A stretch of 62,224 nt of DNA, the filler included, from Sphacelaria rigidula (Eukaryota), in NCBI GenBank assembly GCA_964200075.2. It is 6 parts of 6 records of this genome, joined end to end, with 100 filler letters (N's around TTAATTAATTAA, not from the genome) between each part and the next. Parts side by side here need not be neighbours in the genome. Positions count along the whole stretch, not along the records: positions 41,555 to 51,839 come from CAXNAA020006783.1; positions 51,940 to 62,224 come from CAXNAA020006784.1; 4 more parts are not named here. One strand, given 5' to 3'. Positions 49,428 to 62,224 of this stretch are shown here, piece after piece (the first letter of the stretch is position 1; every line of letters starts with the position of its first letter). The translations under genes and the position numbers were made by a program. The notes under the pieces are model-generated. The model ran no database searches, was not told where the DNA came from, and saw only the letters and a program-made list of their open reading frames with translations.

Positions 49428-49714
49428 GGGTGGCCACTGGGGTCTGTAACCTGGCCATTTTGGGACCTTATCTACATTTGTTAAGGTCCCCGGATTAGGT
49501 GGACAACTGAAGAGCATTCGCACAGCATGGACAGGTTCGGAACAAAGCATGTTCCAGTCTACAGGGGAGTCACCCGCCTACAGACTGGGACATGTTTTGT
49601 TTCGATCCTGTCCATGCTGTGCGAATGCTCTTCAGTTGTCTACCCAACCCGCGGACCTTACCAAAGGTGGATAAGGTCCCAAAATGGCCAGGTTACAGAG
49701 CCCAGTGACCACCC
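49428..49714. mobile_element. Foldback element, arms about 137 bp, inside the CRE-like element
   Basis: gggtggccactggggtctgtaacctggccattttgggaccttatc pairs with gataaggtcccaaaatggccaggttacagagcccagtgaccaccc; loop about 10 nt. Confidence 0.85.
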
Positions 49715-51839
49715 GTGCGGCGTTGTCACCGCCAGGACCAGGGCAACTAAACGCGGGCCGATCGCCACCACCTCCGAGTATCGATCTCCTTGTTGGATAT
49801 GATGCAGCGATATATGCCTATTCCCACCGTTTACAAAGCAAGGTTGGCCACGTCGTAGGTAGGGTCAACGCCTCGGCACTACTGCAACATATAGATGGCC
49901 TGCAGCCGGACGGTGGATCACCAGGCCCGGGTGGCCCTTTGTGTCGGCGGTGACTCCGCCACCAAGGTGACAGCCCGGTGTCGCAGGATGACTGGAAACA
50001 GGGACGCTGGCGACACAGAGAGCACGACCTTACCATGCTGCCAGAATTATACCACCACATGAGTACATCCTGACGGAAGAAAGGAGATCCCTTGGCATCG
50101 AACCATACATGACCAATCGGTGTCCAGCATGCGGCGCAGCAGACTCCACCACTCGCCATGCACGCATCTGTCCCCAGGCGGGTGCCCAGGTGAACTAACA
50201 TCGACCGCTGGTCCATGCAATGGGCGAGGCTCCTCAGGCGGCGGGAAGTGAAGGCGACAGTGGAGAACGGTGCTCTATTTACTGCGGATCGAGATTAACC
50301 GATGGACATTGTCATCCCGGCCGGAGAACTCCGTGACGCCACCAGCAGGTACTATCGGGAGAAGGGTCTCCTGATCGACGTTACACACACTTACCACCAG
50401 TCGGCGGTAATCGATCATACTCACGGTCCAGGATCTGCCTGGATACGAAGGAAATAGATATGGGGATTGGATCATGACGTGCAGGGGAAATACGAATAAG
50501 AGATCATTCTGTTATTTAAGGTATACCCTATGTAGTTAGTGGTTGCAGTGCATATCTGCTGGGGCGGCACACGCCTTTTCGCGTGCCGAAAATCTGGGAT
50601 TATGACATGTCATTTTGTATGAGCGTTTTTCCCAGGTATTAGTACCCCACTTCATTCAGTGGTTTCGGTATGTGTTCGTGAGTTGGTGTGCGGCATTATG
50701 TGTCGGATCTAATTCGGTGGTGGTTTCAGCATATGTGTGGTATATGAGAGTAGGCAAATATGGGTACACTAATTATATAAAAGATATCTGGTCTCAACTG
50801 GCCACGACAGGCCTACAACTTCCCCCGACAACGCACCCGGTGCATGAGGCTTTCTGTTAACGTTATCTCTATCCGCACTAACATCCCGAGTTACAACAAT
50901 AGATCGTTCTTTTTATCCCTCAGGCAGGGATACTTTTGCCTTTTCACCCCATCCAGACTATACTGCAGTGCCATCCGTAGCACCGTGTTGCCAAAACTGC
51001 TCGGATTCCAAGCGATACTAGAGATTACGGCTAGATCATCACCCCTTTGCGAGTTCTCGCGTCGGACAGCTCTGTGGGTATGTATCCCCGTCGTCAGGTG
51101 AGATTTCCCTCGATTCGGGTCAAGTACGCTCGTTTGTCATCAGTCATCTCAAGACTTCTGCCGAGCTTCAACCACAAGCACCGCTACCGAATCTGGGTAA
51201 AGCGTTGAGTTTAGGTTGATTCCATCGGTGCATCATCAGGCAACACCACACACGCGCGTTCGCCGCAGATCTCGAGACCTCGATCGGCTTCAGCCAAAAT
51301 CGATGCTGTCTCTTCGCTGCGTGGGCGTTCGGTTCCATGTTGCTGAAAAAAGGGCGGTGTAAAGTATGGGCGTATTGTGTGTTGGAAAAATCTAGACGAT
51401 GTAGTCTATATTCACTATGTTTGAATGAAGTTGTTGCAACAAAAGATAGGGGTACAATCTGTTGCGTTTCAACGAAACAACGAACCACGTAAGACCGTTT
51501 CATTAGTATCCTTTTCACAGAGAGTACCTCTTTTGTATTGATTTATAGTATACCTGTGTGAATGACGTTTCAGGTAGGATACTACTGCAGTAGGCGTGTT
51601 GCCATGATTTGTCAATGAAAGATACTCTAGCAGAGCATTTAGGCCACGTATGCTACAGGGTATCTTGTGTGCAGCTTTGCAGTTAATCTAAGCTAGCAAG
51701 GCTACCGCGTCAGCAATAGCGAGGTTGAATTGAATGATACGATTCGACCTTACGTACGTGTAGGGTGCACACCCTGGACAATAGAAGGCATCTATTGATG
51801 TAGCAATAGAATTCACCGTAATAGACGAGTATATTCTCT

Positions 51840-51939
51840 NNNNNNNNNNNNNNNNNNNNNNNNNNNNNNNNNNNNNNNNNNNNTTAATTAATTAANNNNN
51901 NNNNNNNNNNNNNNNNNNNNNNNNNNNNNNNNNNNNNNN
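51840..51939. other. Artificial contig spacer
   Basis: 100-nt N run with TTAATTAATTAA linker. Confidence 0.98.
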
Positions 51940-54312
51940 CGCGGCACGATACACTACAGACTGCACAGTAAAAATATGAGGCGTAATAATCAGGTGGTCG
52001 ACAACCACACCACCGTCTGTGTTATGACGCAACTATGTTCCTCTCATGCACCCCCGGTCCCATCCGCCGTAGAGTAGGCGTTTTGAGTTGTGACGAAGGA
52101 ATGATTATGAACCCAAAAAGTGTAGTGTCTACCCCAGTCTACCAGCGGGGGGGTCGTTGTCTAAGGGTTAAGCACTCTAAGACGAACACGGTGTGATGTG
52201 CGCTGAAGAGGGCTTAAACAGTTGTACTGCTGCATGCCGTGTTTCGGTCTGCACATAATTGGGGTGGGATCAAAGTGCTGTACACAAAGTTGAAACGATC
52301 ACGTGACGACTATGCAGCTCTCCGTTGCGTCTTCTTTGGTACTTGAGTTTTAGTCGGGTGCTGTAATCGGAGAAGACACGCAAGGCGGACCTGTGCAGGT
52401 TGGGGCAAACAAACTGAGCCAGCACGGAGCTACTGTTTCCAAACGATTGATGGTAGTAGCTGTCTGACTGGCAGCGGCGCAATGTGTGGGCCAACCCCAC
52501 CTGTTTGACCACTCGATTCCCACTCGATTCTCTCACCTGATTGAAAGAAGGTCGCCGCATTTTGGTGTATTGGAAGGCTCTGATTGGTCGAAAAATAGTG
52601 CCAGTCAAAATTATTTCCATTATCTGTCGGCCCCGTGCCGATTCTTTGAGGACATCAATAGCATAGGCGTGGAAGGCCGTTGGTTGGCCGTCCGGTTGTT
52701 GCTTCATAAATCTTATTTCTCGTGATGTTATCGACCAGTAGGATTGCAGCCTGACACACTCGTAGTTGAGAGGACAGGTTGGCGTTTTTGGCGAACCTTG
52801 TCTACCGAAGGTCCAGCAACAAACAGCCGCTGATAAAAGCAGGGGTGCATGGAAAGTGCGAAATCGCCGCTGCGGTTATATATATGCGTTTTGCTTGCAT
52901 GTGTGTCGGCGGTCGTTTGTCCTGCTCGTTTGACCCTCGTTGGTGGTAGTGACGGGCGGGGGTCCAAATCACGACAGTAGTCACGTGGAGGAGGGGTTGG
53001 TGACGTCACCGTAGAGCTTGTGCGAGAAGACGACTTAATATATGTGTGTAGGGATACGAAAACGCTGTGCCCTGAACCATTCCCATCACGTTTTTGTGTC
53101 AAATGCAAACATTGTCTGTCCTACAACATGGTTGGAAGCTTCTCTTGATGTTGAGTTTTGCAATCATCATTGTTGTGTCTATATCTCTCATCCTACAAAA
53201 GAGGTCATTTCCGCAAACCTCGAGCTAGAAATCAAGGAATCACCCGACTGCACACCCTCACGCGCCGCCTGCAGCACGTACATCTCGCACCAAAGACTCC
53301 ACGCCTGTTTATAATTGTTGAAAACCAAACCACGTGCATGTGTGTAGGTACTTTGTTGAAGCGATCCCTGCTACTCTATGGTACTGTGTAAAATAACACT
53401 CTAAGACGGCAATGTCTCTGGCTTCGGCTTACTGTACAAAGAACTACTGTATGTACATCGCGACGCGTGACATGCGCGTTGTGGCGTTTTTTTCGATGTA
53501 AGCGTTGTCTCTCGACCTAAAAGGGTTATTCCGAACCCCGCTGAAAGTAAAAAATAACAACACTCGGCCATCGGGCGCTATAAGGGTTTGCCCTTGTTGT
53601 AGGCTCTACTTTCAAGTTATACGTTCTTGCCGGAATATTCGTTGTTCATCGTATCTTATTTCTTGCGTTGTTGCGTTGGAATTGTTTTCCTCCCTTATCT
53701 TTCTCTTCCTTTTCCTTAATATTTATCTTCTCCCTGCTCTTTTCCTTTCCGCTCCTTTCCATTCGTTTCCCTTTTTTTTTTCTTCCAATGCACTCTTCTT
53801 GTGCTTTATGTTTTGGTTTATCCCTTTTCTTTATTATCCCTTTTTCTTCCTGAGCGCGAGTAGTTCTGTTTTGTTTGCCTTTGTTACGTCTATCGTTTGA
53901 CCACGGTTGGATCCTCTGAAGACTAGTTAATGTGCGATAATCGACCGATAAATTAATCAAGCGATCGATCCTCAGCAAAGCAAAGGTTTTGTCTCGATCA
54001 TCGAGTGAGTATCTGTGTTGCAACACAGCACTACGCTTCATGTGGGTGTCGGTGCGATGTTTGACCCTCTCTGATTTGGGGCTATGAATACGGTGGCTTG
54101 CAATTCTTGCATCACTTCACTGCTGCGTGGTCAAGTATTGATCGGACTTCATCATGTGCCAACGATATAGTGCCGTGAACCTGGTCGTTTTTGCCTGAGG
54201 CGTCAGCAAGGAACATGCTTCTAGCACCCCCGATCTTATGGTGATATAAAATCCATGCAATTAGGTAGATAAAACGATCGTGCCTTCCCGGTTCTCTTGA
54301 CTGTACTCTCAG

Positions 54313-56169
54313 GAACGAGCCATCGCCTGCATGGGACCTGAATCTTTGGGGCCGGAGGCGAAGGGGCAATTCGTCGTTTTGGTAAGTTCTTATCACTGCG
54401 CTGTTGTACGTTAAAGAATAACACTCCAGATGGTCACTCCACTTGGTTCGTTCGTTCAGTTGCGCATCAGCCAGGCTTTAGCTAGTGTCCTGGATCACCT
54501 CATCCAGGAGTTTCGTGCGAACCGGCACCTCGGCACGCCATTGACCCACTGTTGTTTCTTTCCGTTGTATGCATATGATGCTCTTCAAGTAATGACAAGG
54601 AGTCTCCTCGAAAACGAGTTTGGACATCAATATGAGGTTCAACTCGGAAACAGTAATTTCTCCCACCTGAAGTCATGACACGACTTTCATTTGGACGACC
54701 TCATGCCCCTCGACCTCCCCGAAACTATTTTTGAGGGTTTCCCGTTTTCCGTTCCCCCAATTAAAGGGTGTGTGCGAAAGCACCGTTTTTCGGCTAGGAA
54801 CGTCCATGTTTTCACCTCGAAATTGAGGCAAAACATGGTTTCGCACATAGTTTTGGGGGAAATGGTGGACGGGACGATAACAGTCCCAGGGAGGTCGGGG
54901 CGCATGAGGTCGTCCATGTGAAAGTCATTTGTCATGACTCAAGTCTGAGAAAGCACTGTTTCGGCGTTGAACCCCATTTTAATGTTGAACATCATTTTCG
55001 AGGACACTCTTGACATTTGAAAGTGAAATCTACTCAATGGAACGGTCTTACCCTCACTCCACGACGCCGCTGGGTATCCCGGGTTATCGTTCGTGCGAGC
55101 ATATCAACGCATGAATGTTTGTACGAGGTCAATGGTCTATGACTGTGCCACGAATACGCACAATCCTGAGCACCAGCTTCCCCCTTGGAAGATTAGACTG
55201 TGTACTGCCGGTTACCCAGCGGTCGGTTTTCAATGCATGAGCTGTGTCTTCTCTCTTGCCGTCCCGTAGGATGTTAAGCGTTCTCTCTGTCCCGGTCACC
55301 CTGCCCTCTTGTGCTCTCCCAGATTGATTGCACCTATGCAGGTGCGGGGTCCCTACCGTCTTTGCAGTTCGCACGGCAAGCGATCAGCATGCTCATGATG
55401 CGATATCCGTCCCGGTTAGGACAGCTTCTCCTCGTTAACGCGGGCATGGCGGTAAACTTCCTGTGGCAAGCTGTCTCCTTGTTGCTTTCACCGGTACGCG
55501 AAGCACAAAAAAGTGAAGGCCTTTGCCCATGTTTTTGTTTCCTGTTGCTGTTGCCATTGTTGTTGTTAATGATGATGATGGTGATGATGACGATCCTGCT
55601 GCTGCTGTTGCCTTCCGGGTACAACTTAGCGTCCCTCATTTTTTTTCTCGGAGTATTTCTCACTCCTTGCACCTGTAGATATCCCAAGAAAGCTTTCAGC
55701 TTTGATGACAGGAAAACACAGCTGCGGTTAAACATGCAACCTGGAGCGATTAATTGTGGCATCGACACCAGGGTGAATATCGCAGGTCAATACAGTAGGT
55801 GACTATTATAGTACACGACTTTATGACAAAGATATGGAGTGCCGTTCACAACTTTGATTATTATCAAGTCTCTTTTCCTTGCGTTCTCTGTTCATGGTCA
55901 ACCGAAGCACACCATCCTGATCAATTAACCACAGCTTTTGACCCCTTGGTCCTCAAACTCGGACACTCCAGGTGACTCGCCAGAAGATAGTCGTGGTAAC
56001 GGGCACCGACCAGCAACGGCACGAGGTGCTAGTGAAGTACATCTCCACAGAGGCTCTACAAGCAGGACGGCTAGGGTGTCCCGGCGAGCCGTCCTTCGAC
56101 GCCGAAGGATACTTGGCCGGTGGAGACGGAGTGGGTGTACAAACAAGCGCGGGTGGGCCGAACGCATGA
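54313..56169 (+). CDS. CRAL-TRIO (Sec14-like) lipid-binding protein, 3' exons
   Basis: Phase-0 exons 54313-54381, 55323-55493, 55972-56169: ERAIACM...GQFVVLIDC...YPSRLGQLLLVNAG...FLWQAVSLLLSPVTRQKI. Upstream exons not resolved. Confidence 0.85.
54671..54939. mobile_element. Intronic MITE with TIRs of about 50 bp
   Basis: agtcatgacacgactttcatttggacgacctcatgcccctcgacctccc pairs with gggaggtcggggcgcatgaggtcgtccatgtgaaagtcatttgtcatgact. Confidence 0.8.
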
Positions 56170-56897
56170 CTGGGGAAGGAGATGGAATCGTGACGGAAAC
56201 TCGTCTGGTGGGGATGCTCGGCTCAGCACACCCACAAGGTTGTGTTTGCCATCCTGTATAATTTTCGGCGTGAGACAAGGGTGACGGCACTCATCTGGGG
56301 AGGAGAGATGTACTCGTATCTTGTACGCCTTGGCTGCAAGACCATTCGTTGACCATGCATTCTCAGGCGGGCGGAGCTGAGCGGAGATGGAGGGGCGTAT
56401 TGGCCGTTGACCACGCATCGCTTTCGAGACGGAGTGAGCGGAGACGGGGCGTGGGGACTAGAGTGCGAAGGGACTATGGAAGTGATAGGCTTGTGTTCGG
56501 TAAAAAAGTACGTGGACAATGACAGACGGGTAGAGCGTGAGGCTTGGGCGGGTGGTGGCGTGCCGAGAACGGCTATCGCATGCAAGTGTTTGTGTTCTGT
56601 GTTGTTCTGTGGATGTAATTTTGAGGGGGACGTGAGGTCTGTGGCTACGGTCACAATTTTAGGACATTTGTTGTCCACTTGGGCTAGTTTGTGCCCACAT
56701 GTTTTTCGTACGTTGTCCCTCTGTTGACCCTATTGTTCCCTGCTTGTGTTCAGAGCCATTATGGAGGATGAGAGGATTCACTCACTGAACCCCCACGTCC
56801 GTTGTTTTTGACATCGCAGTGTGCTTAGCTTGAGTCTTGTTTTTTCCTGGAAGCTGGGAGACACTCGCATTCTGTTATTATTTAGAGGTAGTCCTAG

Positions 56898-56966
56898 AGG
56901 TTGATCCCTTGAGACCACGGACTCGTCCCGAGGAAGGGGAGGGGTTCAAAGTGTGAGAAAAAAAAT
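56898..56966 (+). repeat. 5'-truncated SINE B with poly(A) and TCCTAG target-site duplication
   Basis: tcctag at 56892-56897 and 56967-56972 flank the core plus an A run. Confidence 0.75.
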
Positions 56967-58274
56967 TCCTAGTGGGGGTGATCGAGCTGTTATTGCCGAG
57001 CAGGTAGTTCGATACAGTAGTACTTCCCACTATGTTTTTTGTACGACTCGTCCACATGGACTCTACTGTAGTGAAACACCTTGTATGTGAATCCGGGATT
57101 TACCCGGCACTACAATCACACCAGCGATATTGAATTTTTCCTCGTGTATATTCGCGGTAGCTGCAGCTTGACTCGAGAACTTGACTCTTGAACAGAAAGT
57201 AGTGCGATGTGGATACATACGTCACTACTGTTCTGCCGTGTCTGTAAATCTTTGTTGGTGATTCCAGACAATCTAGAGCTTTCTCCTGCCCTGTTGGTTG
57301 GGGTCGTTCTCCTTGCTGTATATATACATAGGAACGGGCGTGCACATCAGAAGCATATCGGGCGCTGGTATAATCCCATCTGCGATAACAGGGTTAGAAG
57401 ATGAGTTGCCAGAAGCACGTTGGGAGTGCCGGTTCATGATGACTGACCCTTTGTTGGAGGGTCGATCGATAGAGTACGCCCAAAGAGTTCGGCTGGAGCG
57501 GGGCGGGGGATGGGTGGGCGGGCGGGCAGGGGGCAAAAGGCGAAACGATTTTGAAGTAACAGTTTGTGTGTGTTATACGTTGGTTGCTCGTTCGCTTGGT
57601 TTTGGGCACACAGCACGTGTGCAGCTCCGAGGACTTTGCCAAGTATAGGTTGTAAACAACGAGTGCAAGTGATGACGAAAGTGGATCGCGTGACTGGGCG
57701 CTTGACTGTACAGAGAGTAAGGAAGTACAGTAGGTGACAGTGGACCGTTTCAATCGATGGAATTATTTCGCCTACATGTGTTCTTTCCGCGCACATTTTC
57801 CTCCTCCTCCTCAAAGGCCGGGGGAATAAACACGCTCGATTTTGAGCCCATCACGGTGTCGGTTTCCATTATTTTCATTTTCAGAGTGGAAAGTGGGCAC
57901 CCCCAAAGTGACCATTATATTGCTGCTTGTCTGATGCAGTTTGAGGCACATATAGCCCCAAGACTGCAGCACACAGCACGCTCCCACGAATGATCGGCGC
58001 ACGAACCCGCTTGCAACGTAAATGTTGGATCAGGTTCCCTCCTTCCACCAAGAAGAAAACATTGCACGCCTCCACCGCATGACAGTATGATTTTGCCGTT
58101 TCTCAGTGGTGTTTATGTTGGGCATTAGCGGTGCTGGAATACTGACATCGTGTGATAGGATGTACCGTGCGGGACATGGGCCCATAGTGGTTACAGGCGA
58201 CGGAATTTGCAGTGGTGGATTGATGGATCTCAGCTTCTTCGTGGTCTTCTGCGGACACGCAAATATAGTTGAAG

Positions 58275-58705
58275 AACACGTGATATTACAAATTGAGGAT
58301 GGATTTTTTATTGGGGATGAGAACCCGGAGAATTAGAATCTTCGTATCCACATCGAATATTCGAAATATGGTTTCATCTCTTTACTTTCTGGTAGCTTTT
58401 AACAACTACTACACGCCGTACGCATTTGGATTTCGATAACCGGGATGTTGGGGTTAGGTGAAAAACCATTTTTTAGGAATTTTGGTGATGCGATCGGACC
58501 CCAATATTGGTTTTTCACCTAGGACCCCAACATTTCGGTTATCGAAATCCAAATGTGTATGGCGTGTAGAGTATTTGTTAATAGCTACCAGCAAGTGAAG
58601 AAATGAGACCATATTTCGAAGATCTGGTGTGGATACGAAGATTTTAATTCTCCGGGTTCTCATCCCGAATAAAAGATCCATCTCCAATGTGTAAAATCAT
58701 GTGTA
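58275..58705. mobile_element. Foldback element, second copy of 34364-34795
   Basis: Same palindromic arms (ttacaaattg..ttattggggatgagaa...ggatttcgat..ccaatattgg...). Confidence 0.85.
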
Positions 58706-60587
58706 AAAGGAGTCGGTGTTGTCCTCATTGTGCGTCGTGGAGATTTTGTGCGAACCACACGGTAGTCGGAGGGTGAGACCCATAAATTTCGACACTATTT
58801 TTTCGGAGATCTCACAATTTTTCGGAAATGTCGGGACTCTGCGTTCAGACTTCTTCTCCAAAAATGAAGCAGCTCGATTTTTCTCCAAATCTTCGTTCTT
58901 GGAGAAGCCCGAAAAATTCGGACGGCAGCGCAGCATAGAGCGGCCCTGCGTGTACGCCGTGGCGCTCGTAAGCCTCCGCGAGTCATTGGACACCTTGCCA
59001 GTCCCGAAAATTCCGGAAATCTCCGAAACTACGGTGTCGATAATAATGGGCCCATGTATGCATTTCCACTGCCCGCGGGTACGTGCAGGGAGTAGGCCAT
59101 CTTGCCAAACGGTGTTGAATTGCGCTTGTTCCGAAATTCCGCAAGAGAAGAGCGAGCATTTTGATATACTGTATGCTCACTGCGGGAAAAGCATTCGAAC
59201 ACGCCACAACAGTAACCCCAGGCACATAATATCGCTTTGGCCTTGCAGACGTTCTTATTCGCCCGGGAAAAAACGACTTCCTCGCGGTCGGATTTGTCTT
59301 GAAACACACCCCCATAACCGCGTAGGGAACAAAATTCGAGCGGCGGATCGAGGGAACCAAGGGAAACGACACTGGAGCAGCAGCGTGAATGTGTATCCGG
59401 CATTCGCTCACAGAATGCGAACCATGATCAGCATTCCTCGAAACATGTGATTTTTATATTATTATACTGATTTCAATACCAAAATCGATCACTAGATCAG
59501 CGCTTCCTACAAAGTCTTTCGAAAAACGCCTCGTACTTCCGGGTGGGACGCCATGTACAAAGTCTTCAAAACTCAACAATGCTTGGTCATACATTGAATA
59601 TTATTAAGTGGCCACAGACACGCAAATTAGTGCTTGCTACAGAGGAGTTGTTGTCATTCAAACAATGCGGCGCACATGACCACACGGCAAAAACCGGGGT
59701 AACAGAACCACAGCATGCCCACCAAGCAATGTAATGTGGGTACTCGATTTCCTTGGGAGTGCGCGAGGGGCAAAGAGGAATCAATGCGTCCTCCAATGCT
59801 ATGTCGCTGCCTACATCGCCATGCTCTGCTCTTCCCATTCAACTCTAAGAATGAATATCGCGTCGTATACCTCGTCTTGAAAAAAACTATTCACACCGCA
59901 GGAAACAAAAACAAAAACAAAAACACAATCGACATTTATTCCTCGCTACAGTATCAGGTTCGAGTGCCCGTCACTTCAACGTAAAAAAAATCAACCTCCC
60001 ACAGAAACCATAAAACTTTCAACTCCTGTTCAATCACGTCACGTGATTGCTTGGACGAAACTGTACAAACCCTACAGCGTACCCACTCTCTCCGTATGTA
60101 GGTCTACATCTCGCGAAGGCGTTATTGTAGGCCTCATGTTACTGGTACAATAACAACACACTCATGGCATATCTTGGACTTCGACACGAACAAGCCAGCC
60201 CCGGAAATTCGTGCTAACGGATTACCATTCGTCTATGCACTGAAAGGCCTTCACAACAGCAGTGACGTAACCACCGACCCTAGCGAACCACACGGCTCGA
60301 CACGTCTAAAAATAGCCACAATTTCTGTGTTCGTGTCGTATAAGGTCAACACTCATGCCACCATTCGTGCGGTCGATCGCAGTCTTGTGTCCACTAGAAC
60401 GTTGAAAAACTCATATTTCATGATCACCGGTCCCTCGATATTGGCACCAACTCCCCACGGTCTTTCCGATCCCCGCCCCAAGCCTCGAACCTTGCAAGGG
60501 GCAACATAGCCCCCCTTCCTCCCCATCAACCATCCACATCCACAGCGTGCACCTTTCATCACACCCCCATCGTCGAAGCAACTATTC

Positions 60588-61828
60588 TCACGAGCTCGTC
60601 GCTGCCTGAGTAGCGTAGTCGGGCGCGGGCGTGATCGCATGATACACCGACAATCCCGAAAACCACCCCCCAGCCTTCCACTCAATCACACACGACTCTC
60701 CGGCCATATTTGGCCCCGCGTCACTTGCGGCTGCCACGCCACTGTCGCTGCCGCTAGCACCCCCATTACCCTCACAGGGCTGCAGCATAAACTCCACGCT
60801 GACCGCCGTATTCTTGCTGTAGCTCTCCCATCCCCCACTCCCGAACTGCTTTTCCGCCTCCGCGGGTTTCCACTCACTCGCCACTCCCTTGCCGGCGCCC
60901 CGAATCCTGAAGAAGACCTTGCCGTTGGCCCAAAAATTCACGCGGACGGCGAGAGGTGCGGAGCCAGCGGCGGGGCGCACGATGGGATGCGAGTAGGAGC
61001 TGCGCCAGCCGATGTCGCTGGAGAAGAGGGGGGGCTCGATCCCCATCGCCGACAACGCCTGCTTCCGTTTCGATGTGCGTGGGGGGGAAGGGAAAGGACG
61101 GGGGTATTAAAAATGTGAAGTTGCAGGTAGAGATAACGCGTGTTCCCGAGTCATGGTCATCAGAGGTGGCCACTCTAATACCGTTTTTCCATAATGTGAA
61201 GCGCGACTCAGAGAGGACCACAATGCGCCCTGGCTTTGTTCCAGCAAACCACCGCCAAAGCTTGGCCCTCACCGACTAGAGACCTTCAGTCGAGGGTAAG
61301 CGCCTCCATCGGTTTGCTTGACTGATGAAAAGAGTTTGACATGATATGATGGCAGAAGCACGTCGCCCAGGACATGAACATTCCGACAACGTTTTGTCCA
61401 AGAATCACGATACCGTTTCTCGGGACTCAAGACAAGACTATGCGGCTGTCTTGGGAACGGGTGCCTCGCCTGCAGATTCTTATTTCCATCCAAACTCCAA
61501 CGAGGCAAAGGGGATACTCATGCAGTAGAGCAGCGACATGCACGGTATGCAAGTCAGTGACACAACACAAGAGCGGACCAGAAAACGATAACTCTGTCAG
61601 GCAACAAAGCGACATCGCTAATTTTAAATGCGCCCGTTGATAGAGAGACACTAGACGGGAATGAAGCGATTATCAGAAATAGGGCTAATATTTTTTCACA
61701 ACAACTCCGTGGAGCTTTCTGATTTCCCCTTCCGTCTCACCTGAGCTGTTTCAGTCAGCCGCTTCCTCACCCTGGATGTATTGAGGGATTGATTGACCGC
61801 GACGGTATTGACGATCTTGGTGGGCAGC
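60588..61828 (-). CDS. 3' exons of a probable START-domain protein with a C-terminal beta-rich (GOLD-like) region
   Basis: Exon 61828-61741 (CAG/GTGAG) encodes LPTKIVNTVAVNQSLNTSRVRKRLTETAQ, like the START C-terminal helix. It joins in phase 0 to terminal exon 61058-60588 (ALSAMG...CVIEWKAGGWFSGLSVYHAI...stop). Confidence 0.55.
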
Positions 61829-62224
61829 CTGCCAAGAATCGGAACACATTTTTAGTCGACGAGGTCGTCAACCCGGCTGACACAAATTGTAAAGGATGCG
61901 TGGGTGGGCAGGCGACTACAGCGATACGTGTTCTCACTCTCTCTTCGAAACATTACACCGTTTCACGACATGACCTATCGACAAACGAGGCGCACTTTAA
62001 ACCCCACGACGCGCGCATGCTCGCAGGCAGCACCTTGTCCACACTTACATCAAGCACTTCCGTTCAAACGTTCCTGTTTTCTTCACTTCTCTTTCAACGA
62101 TACCAAGTAACAGGACGTGTAAGAGCCGGGGGGGGGGGGGGGGGGACCCATGATTTTTCATGCCGTAAAGAAATGACCTTTCACCCCCCCTCCCCACAAA
62201 GCCGGGGGGGGGCATGCCGGTTTT

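Larger units (their letters stand above)
47424..50420 (+). mobile_element. Decayed CRE-like (RLE-type) non-LTR retrotransposon with nested insertions
   Basis: RT motifs TGVHQ/DGLGSDLFCLPL and LLAYID(D); downstream IGIHISKSKS and LARILARMSNKQA. CCHC knuckle CPACGAADSTTRHARIC at 50121. Restriction-like endonuclease MDIVI...LLIDVTH at 50302-50388. 5' boundary uncertain. Confidence 0.8.

Noticed and set aside
52390-53060. Possible upstream CRAL-TRIO exons (KEGRRILVY; WRRG..VTVELVRE)
   Set aside because: Adjacent stops or frameshifts and no phase-consistent splice path to 54313.
58716-59450. Longest ORF in the track (244 aa)
   Set aside because: No recognisable motif, non-ATG start, and it lies in repeat-like DNA next to a foldback element.

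Overview
Eukaryotic, intron-rich nuclear DNA, most consistent with a brown alga (Phaeophyceae; inferred from intron density, a 72-nt LRR exon and the retroelement content). The window is not one locus. Five 100-nt N/TTAATTAATTAA spacers join six contigs of 10,290-10,285 bp sorted by decreasing length, so adjacency across spacers carries no meaning. Genes reconstructed by hand from splice sites: (1) a 17-exon, about 936-aa, probably plastid-targeted fusion of a cyanobacterial-type FIST sensory module to an indole-3-glycerol-phosphate synthase (TrpC) domain that has lost two catalytic residues, which is the most interesting feature; (2) a complete RTF2 gene; (3) the 3' parts of a CRAL-TRIO gene and a convergent START(+GOLD-like) gene; (4) an isolated 72-nt LRR exon and two low-confidence small genes. 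The rest is mobile DNA: a truncated RTE-like LINE, a decayed CRE-like retrotransposon with nested insertions, two tRNA-derived SINE families, several MITE/foldback families, an Ac-like hAT end, and two diverged copies of an unidentified decayed intronless ORF.
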